Below are positions 55,809-64,000 of a stretch of DNA of 64,000 nucleotides, in pieces. Origin of the DNA: Chrysomallon squamiferum (lineage: Eukaryota > Animalia > Mollusca). The translations under genes were made by a program, and so were the position numbers. The first letter of the stretch is position 1; the number at the start of each line of letters is the position of its first letter. The DNA lies in NCBI GenBank assembly GCA_012295275.1, contig CM022669.1, positions 16,120,001 to 16,184,000 of the forward strand. The letters run 5' to 3'. The notes beneath the pieces were generated by a model, which worked only from the letters and a program-made list of their open reading frames with translations, did not search any database and was not told the origin of the DNA.

Positions 55809-56524
55809 AAAAACAATATCGGCGCACAGAAGCGGTTTCCTTTGAGAGTCCAGGTATAATTTTTAGTGTCATTATTATTATTATTAGTGTTTTAAAGACT
55901 TTAACGCTCGTTTACGACAAGCTGATGCATTTTCCAAAACGAAAAAAAGAAAGAAAACTAACGCACCTGTTTATGTGTGAACATCTGCGTAATACAGGTG
56001 TGTATATTTGTACTTGCTTAGATTTGTTTCTGTATTTAAAACATAATAATAAAAGTGGGACAAAATAATACCTAACAGTTCAATACAGGAGACTGTTCGC
56101 TTTGAACTTTCCCGTTAGCACTTCGCAAAGATCTGATTGATAAAACTGTAATTAATTCACTACATAACGGAAGAGTGAAATACGGTATTGATGACTACAA
56201 ACCTGGCGTCGGTTTCTTGGTTCACGTTTGAAAGGTGAGCTGGGCAAAAACCATGTGTTAATTAACGATGGATTGAAAACTGTCCGGGTATCGATTAACT
56301 CACTAAAGGCATATTTTAGTAGTAACCGGTTGGTAGGTCGTGTCGTATTCTGACAACGACCTTGTCTATGCACCTATCGATTAATAATGCATCACATGAT
56401 TAAACAAAAACTGGAAGAGGTAAATCTTTGTAAAAGTCTGTTATTAACCTGAATGTACTGGTTTACAACTAAATACAGAAAAATCGAATTCTTCTTTGAT
56501 ACAGAGGACAGCCATTGTAATACA

Positions 56525-59430
56525 ATGGAAAGGTAAGTGTACTTATTTTCTTTTTTAACAGATTACCATTTTAGTCAAAGCAGATTTTTATTCAGTTGTT
56601 ATTGTTGTTATTGCTCACTTTTGCTGATGTTATTTGTGTTTCTCTTTGTTTCTTTGTTTCATTTTTTTTTTCTTTGTTTAGTTCTTTCTTTCTTTTTTTC
56701 TTTTTTTTTTTTCTTTTTTTTTAACATCTTTAATTTAATATTATAAGGAAATATTTTAAAAACCGAAAACCCATTTTAGAAATAACCTTGATAACGTTTA
56801 TTTTTTGTATTTATTGCAAATCAAACAATTGACCACTTCGCAACGAAATGTTGTAAATAAATCTGGAAATTTAATCTGGAAATTAAAAAAAATAAAGTAA
56901 AACGTCTTGCTGAAATCGATTTGGAGTTATTCAGTGATTGAGTTATTTATTAAGACTTATCGAATACTGACGGGAACTCAGATAATATGAAGCTGGATAA
57001 CAGTGTTCTGATAATCGGGATTTACTCTAAATAATTCTCTAGGATGATGTAGTATGCAGCATAATATGCATAGTGAAACGGACAGAAAGACAGAGATGAG
57101 AGATACATATAGATAGATTTAGATAGATATGCTCTGGATTTTATTGAATAACTCCAAACCAGTTGAACGCTAGATATTTTATTTTTATTTCTTTTATATA
57201 TATATATATATATATTTATTTATAAAGGAAGGTACGTTATTAAATAAGTAAACAGGCTTTTTTTTTTTTTTAGATTACTGTTACAAAGCAGAGGTAGTAA
57301 TAGGTGTAGAAATTGTTAGGATGGTAGTAGCGGCGATGGTAATAAAATCAGTACAATGTAGTAGTAACAGAAGCCGAAGAAGAAGAAATAGTAGTAATAG
57401 AACTGTAGCACTTCTTTATTGTAGCATATCTAGCTGTAGTTGGTAACAGCAGTAGCACTAACAGCCGAGAAATAGCAGTAGTAACATAAGCAGTTTTAGT
57501 AGTAATAGTGGTAGTACTACTACTAGCTGTTGTAGTAGTTAACAGTAGTGGTGTACTGATGGTAACTGTAGAAGTAATGGTATTAGTAATAACAGTAGAA
57601 ATTTAATTATTTATTTATTTATTTATTAATTTTCGATTCAGGTAAGCTGTCTACATCTTTGTTGGTTTATTTAATTGATTTTGTTCAAGGATTTCTTTTT
57701 TTACCGATATTGTATTTTGTTCTTTGTTTATTAATTATTTTTATTTAATTTCTATTTTAAATTTTGTTCCGAGATGGGTTTTAAGAAGCTGAGGTAAAGT
57801 TATTTTATTCAGTTAAAGAAACAAACAAAAGATAGATGATGAAGATGATAATAATATAATATAAATAAATAAATAAACACAAAAGTACTTTAAAATATAA
57901 CGTAAAACCCTGTTAAATAGTTTAACTACCGAATACACAGCTATAACCATAAACAATTAAGCAAAAAAAAAAAAAAGACAGTAATTTATTCTAAACTTCA
58001 GTAATACATATTGTATAACAATCTGATCCTTCCAGCTAAAATATAACCATATCATGACTGAATAAATATTGCTGTGACAACGTAAGATTAATTCATAAGA
58101 ATATATAATAATAAAAAATGTAAAAAAAATTAATAAATTTATAAAATAAAAAATAAAAGTCTACAAAAAATAATAATTAATATTTTTATTTATTTATTTA
58201 TTTATTTTAATGTTATTTATTTATTTACTTTATTATTTATTTATTTATTTATTTATTATAATTTATTTTATTTTTTTTTTATTTTTTCAGGTTAAAGCAA
58301 GAAATCCGAACCACAAGATGTTTTCGTCTTATTACATGTATTGGAATAGTGTCATCTTTCCTGTTCATATTTTATTCGAAAACTGAATTTCATTCAACGT
58401 GGGAAATTCTTAAGAACTTTACTGAACGGTATGGAGAAACACGTAATTATTTAAATAACAGTAAGCTGATAAGTCGGAACACGGACTCACAGCCGAGCAA
58501 ACTAATTTTATTAAAGAACCACATCAACTGGCTATGGTACGAAATGGCAGTCGAAGAACTTAAGTCGTGTTCTGACAACTGTACGCTTCTTAAACCACGC
58601 AGAAACATCAGCAATGTGCAAGCTGTCATATTTTACGCTGTGGGTTTTCGAGAAGATCCTCCTCCTCTTAAAGAGGCCGGACAAGTTTGGATTTATTTCT
58701 GTCTGGAGTCTCCAGCTCATTCGGCAGATTTCAATTTCAACAGAGCACCTTGGAAGAACGTAATAAACTGGACGATGACGTACAGGAGAGACTCGGAGGT
58801 GACGTATTTTTACGGAGCTTTAACGAAAAGGGAGAAAAAGGAAAATTTCAACTTCTTACCAAGTATCAAGAATAAAACCAAACAAGTTGCATGGTTTGTT
58901 AGTCACTGTGGTTCGCCAAGTAAGAGAGAACAGTACGTACAGCAGCTGAAAAAATACATTTCCATCGATGTATTTGGTTTGTGTGGAAGCAAAAATGTGG
59001 CAGAGATGAACAAAAGAAGTGTAATTCAATACTTAGTAGGGATTACAAGTTTTACTTATCGTTTGAAAACAGTCTATGTAATGACTATATAACTGAAAAA
59101 GCATTCGGCTATATGCAATTAGACATTGTGATTGTAGTCAGAGGTGGAGCAAATTATAGTCAAATTTTGCCTCCAAAGTCTTACATCAATGCTGCCGATT
59201 TCAAGAGTCCTAAACAACTTGCTGAGTATCTTCTTTATTTAGACAGAAATGTCACAGCCTACGTAGAATATCTTGAGTGGAAAAATTATTACAAGCCTAA
59301 AAAGAATTCTGTTGGCATATGTAAACTGTGCCACAAACTCTGGGAGTCTTCTAAACAAACCAAAGTTTATGATAATGTTTATGACTGGTGGCATCGTGAT
59401 ACATGCTACCGTCCAAAGGATTTGGTTTAA
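56525..59430 (+). pseudogene. FucT copy A5 (exons 56525-56532 and 58291-59430) with a 1-nt frameshift; pseudogene or assembly error
   Basis: ATG GAA AG|gtaagt ... ttttttcag|G TTA AAG CAA gives MERLKQEIRTTRCFRLITCIG. There are five A's at 58991-58995 where paralogs have six (AAA AAA TGT), which splits the frame into ORFs 58349-59092 and 58981-59430. The exon is 1140 nt versus 1141 in A4. Confidence 0.75.
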
Positions 59431-60733
59431 TATCATTATAATGAATCTGTGAATACACTCTTTGTTACTGATAGTAAAATAATTTTCTCGACGTGTTATA
59501 AACTGTGCATTTACTGGAAACGGAAAATATTTTAAAGGATTGACCATAGGTGGACCCATCAGAAATCAGTTCTGTTTAAAACAATGGTTTCCCTGTAAAC
59601 AGTAAAATAATGTTTCACTGTTTTGTACTGTCTTGTTTTGTAATTCTGTTATTCATTATCAGCATGGTTTTCATTGAATCCTCTGCAAATATGTGCTTCC
59701 TCTTAATTTGCAGTTTTTGTTCCTGGAATCGGGAAATTAATTAAAATGATCCTTATATAATTAATAACGAATCTGTACACATAATAAGAAGTAATTAGAG
59801 ATTTTAATGGGAATGTAGAATTTGATGTGTCTATATTTACAGCTGACTGTCTATAAGCAGAACGCTGTATTTGTCGATAACGAAGACTGGATTTTTCTAT
59901 CGATGTTTAGAGTGAGAAAATAGTAGACCACTGACTGTTGATCGTGTATAATTAATTACACTGAATTAACATTGTGTGACAGAGAGCGATGAATCGTATT
60001 TTCGTTAATTAAAAAATAAGAACAAATAAATAAATAAATAAAAATAATAATAAGAAGAAAACGAAACAAAGGAATAATAAATAATAAAAATAAAAATTCT
60101 ATATGATGAGCATGCGCGCTTTCGGATACAAATTTCCGGTAAGATAAAGAAGAAAACATTTTTTTTGCAGTTGTTATTATTATTGTTGTTGTTGTTGTTG
60201 ATGCTGTTTGCTTTAGTTTGGAGCTTACCCTCTCAAATGATCATAGGTCTTATTAACAGCCATTACTATTTTAAAATATAATCATATTTTTCCTATTAAA
60301 CAAAATATTATATGAAAATATATTTGGATGTTTAGTATATTTACCTGGCACTTTTTCTCGCATTTAATAATACAGAATCATTTCATTGAAATTCATAGTT
60401 GTTCATGTTCATTGTTCATTAGACTGACATTGTTCACAGATCTATGGAGCTATGCCCGTAATACAATTACAGTATTTTTTGTTGCAAGGTTAATCAGGCG
60501 TCAGTTTGTAGACATCAGGGATTACGAAACGACCATATTACGTAAAATATCTTGTCTTCAACGTCCTATCTCCTTTGTATGCAATGAATGTATCGTTCAG
60601 GGCAAGGCTAGTTAGTAATCAAAATTTATAAAAAATAAATTCTCATTTTTATGTGTGTTTGTTGGTTTTTGTGTGTGTGTGTGTGTCTCTGTTTTTGTGT
60701 GAGTCTGTTTTCCTTCTGTTTCTTTTATTATTA

Positions 60734-60780
<47 letters not shown>

Positions 60781-61219
60781 AAAGATTATTAGACAAGTGC
60801 CTGTATACTAGCTCTAGTGTTTAGCTGATGTAACCTGACTATTTAATACTGTATTCCTGGCAGCTACAATTTTATGTAATATCCAACAGAGTAACGCAAC
60901 AACACAAGCTGTTGCCTTATTATAATCTCTTTGACATGATTTTAGTTTATTTTTTTATTTTTTGGGGCTGTCGGTCTTTGTTTCTTTTTTAGAAATAAAT
61001 AAACACCAGTAATAAAATATAGATCACAGAATAGAAAATGGTACGAAATCAATACACAACAAACAAACAAAATAATAAATAAATAAATAAATTAATTAAT
61101 TAATTAATTAATACATTTTTAAAAATCTCTATTCAGATGTTATCGGTAAGCGTCATCACAGGTAAGGTTTGTGTGTGAAAATGATTTGCCAAGAACCAGA
61201 AACATTTATTTACTTACTT

Positions 61220-61251
<32 letters not shown>

Positions 61252-63027
61252 GTATGTTTGCTTGTTTGTTTCGTGTGTTTGTTTCTTATTTACAACACAT
61301 CTTCCATAACTCTTAGGAACATATTTAGGGGCTAAAAACTACCACTATTTCATAAACAAAAGAAAGTACTAATACTATCACCGCCACTACGTTTTAAACT
61401 ATTATTGACAATATATTAAATGTTACTGTTATTGCTGAAACTACTAGTACATCACTAGCCTCTTCAAGTACTGTTATTTCTTCAATTACTATTTTTACTT
61501 CTTTTATTAATTCAGATGTTACTTTCCTAGCTACTACTTCAGAAACAGACACGAATACTGCTACAAACCTATAATTATTACTTCTACTACTGTTGCTGTT
61601 ACCATAACTACGACTATTAACGTTTCCACTAGTATTGTTATCCCTATTACTACTATTACTACTGTTCATACACACATACCCACCTAACCATGCACTGATA
61701 TCAGTCGCTCTCTCCATCACTGTGTCTTTGTCTGCCCGTCTGACTGTCCATATTGTGCAAGCAACGCCATCCTCAGTATTTATTTACAGTGAAACCTCAG
61801 TTATACGAACATTAATTTCGTATTATCTGAACAAGATTTCAAGATCCCGTGAATATTGAATTAGCGATGATATGTATAATACGACATACGAGAATGATAC
61901 CTATGCTGCCAGTTTATTGTTTCGTTTGTAATTATTAGGAAACAAATTCAAATTACTCAGAAAACACCTGAACCAATCACATCAGGCTGATATTAGTCGA
62001 CTCTCGTTGTACCACTGCGTCTTTGTTTTACATTTATCATAATTACCCAAGTGCTATTGTACATATTTTTATACTTCTGTACGTTATTATAAATCCATCG
62101 TCATGTTATAATTAGATTAACTCTTGAATTGTAAATATCCTGATATACAGAAAATTATAATCTGAGTGTATAAAGTTCAGTTATTTTCAGTCGGTTTCAA
62201 AAGCACTGAAATAACTTTAAGACACTAAAAAGGTAAGAAAAGCCACACTAAATGACTTAACGTTGGTGTTGTCTTTACTCACTCTACAGCTGTCTCGCAT
62301 GTTCGCTGATCAGCTTGTCTTTGAAGAGAAACCAAACAACTTCGAGATTTAACTGCGTCCGCATTTGGTGAAAGGACAAAAATAACTGCACAACATTACA
62401 AGAGTGAACAATTAAACAAGACACTAAATATACAGCTCCGAATATATTTGTCACATAATCAAAACTAAACACGATCTTTATCTGCAAAATATTATTAGTT
62501 TTACAACTAACAGAAGAGAAAGGCATGCATTTAAACGTGGATATGTTCAGTATGCCCTTCTTGTTTTGGGGGTTATTTTTTGTATCGATAGCTAACGAAG
62601 GAAATATAACCAATCCTTTCTTTTAGATGATCGAGGTCTAACTATAATGCTATTTTCACTTGACACTTATATGTCAATTTGGTTCGGTTATGAAAAAAGA
62701 AAAAAGATAAACATCACTCGTAGTTCTAGTTTTGTAGGTAGAAACGTACCACTGATAACAAAATAAAATAAAACAACTGAAATAAATAAATAAATAAATA
62801 AAAAAATTTCTACTGTTATTATTACAGTTACCATGATTACTACCACTATTACTATTACCACTATAACAACTGGTAGTACTGAACAAGCGTAACCAGATTA
62901 TGGGGTTTTATATCGGTTAAATACATAAATAAATAAAAAATGTATTGCTTTGTTTTGTTTGTTTGTTTTAGTTGTTGTTTTATTTTTTTTTTTCATTCTT
63001 ATCATTATTGTTTTGTTGTTTTTTTAA

Positions 63028-63063
<36 letters not shown>

Positions 63064-63773
63064 AATGAAAACACGACTCGTAGCTCTCTCAACAAAAATA
63101 TTAATTCAATGTAATTAATTAAACACGAACAACATCGATAGAAAAACCCAGTCAATTCCCGCTGTACAGTTTGTAACATGATGAGATCATTATTTGACTA
63201 TCAGTAACAAGGATTGTATTTGTGTATCACACAGAGTTATTCATTTTTTTATTGATCATTAGAAATAAATAAATAAATAAATAATTAAATAGACAAATTA
63301 ATAAACTAATTATTCTTATTTGTTTGTTCGTTCGTTCATTTAAAATGAAATAAACTAAAATGAAAACCAAAGACAAAGAGCAGAATAACAACTCCAGAGT
63401 TACATTCAATATTAAACAACAGTATAAAATACCATAGTCATATAATAAATATGATATTTATTATAGGAAGTACCGGCTTTCATATAGCATCTTGGTACCA
63501 CATAGAAGATTGAAAATAAAAACAAAAAACAAAATACAATTTTCAAAAAGTAGCATTATAGATAACAACAACAACAACAATAAAGCACAATGGATAGATA
63601 TGAAGTTTGTCCTGGTTTCATTGACTGGTTTGCTTTCTAAAAATTTCTGTAAATCAGTTTTAAACATTTCAAGATTTGACTGAACAAGTGGTATATGCTA
63701 TCCGCAATGGCTTTTAACTAACAAAGGGCATCACAGCAAAGTGTTGCTTTTACTGCGTGTCACAGTTGCCATG

Positions 63774-63809
<36 letters not shown>

Positions 63810-64000
63810 ATTCACAGATACACAATCACAGATTCACCGATATACACATACACATACACACATATACACTCACATTGACACATATACATACTCACACATA
63901 TAATTATAAGCACGCTCAGAAATACACACACACAGAGAGACACAGAGAAATATACATAACTGTAATACAAGTAGGAACAAGTCAGTTCATGTAAACAGAG

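Overview
AT-rich, microsatellite-dense eukaryotic DNA, probably from an invertebrate (possibly a mollusc). It holds a cluster of nine GT10-family alpha-1,3-fucosyltransferase (FucT) catalytic exons in two subfamilies. Type A has four tandem minus-strand copies (A1-A4) on a ~5.64 kb period and one plus-strand copy (A5). Type B has B1 (+), B2 (-) and B3 (-), and there is one decayed chimeric copy. Six copies have an open catalytic exon. A2 has two nonsense codons, A5 has a 1-nt homopolymer frameshift, and the copy at ~35 kb is a clear pseudogene. The locus is built from head-to-head A/B pairs arranged as a large imperfect inverted duplication. A4 and A5 appear to start in an 8-nt coding piece (ATG GAA AG|gtaagt). 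A1-A3 lack it but keep the same splice phase, so they either share A4's start exon as alternative terminal exons or use a captured B-type exon (ATG AAG ACA ACA TTA AC|gtaagt). By eye the coding exons are more diverged and more mosaic than their near-identical spacers, with changes clustered near putative acceptor-binding motifs. Tigger/pogo relics and a three-level nested hAT/MULE-like/Tigger insertion are also present. Splice models and identities were read by eye and need RNA and alignment confirmation.
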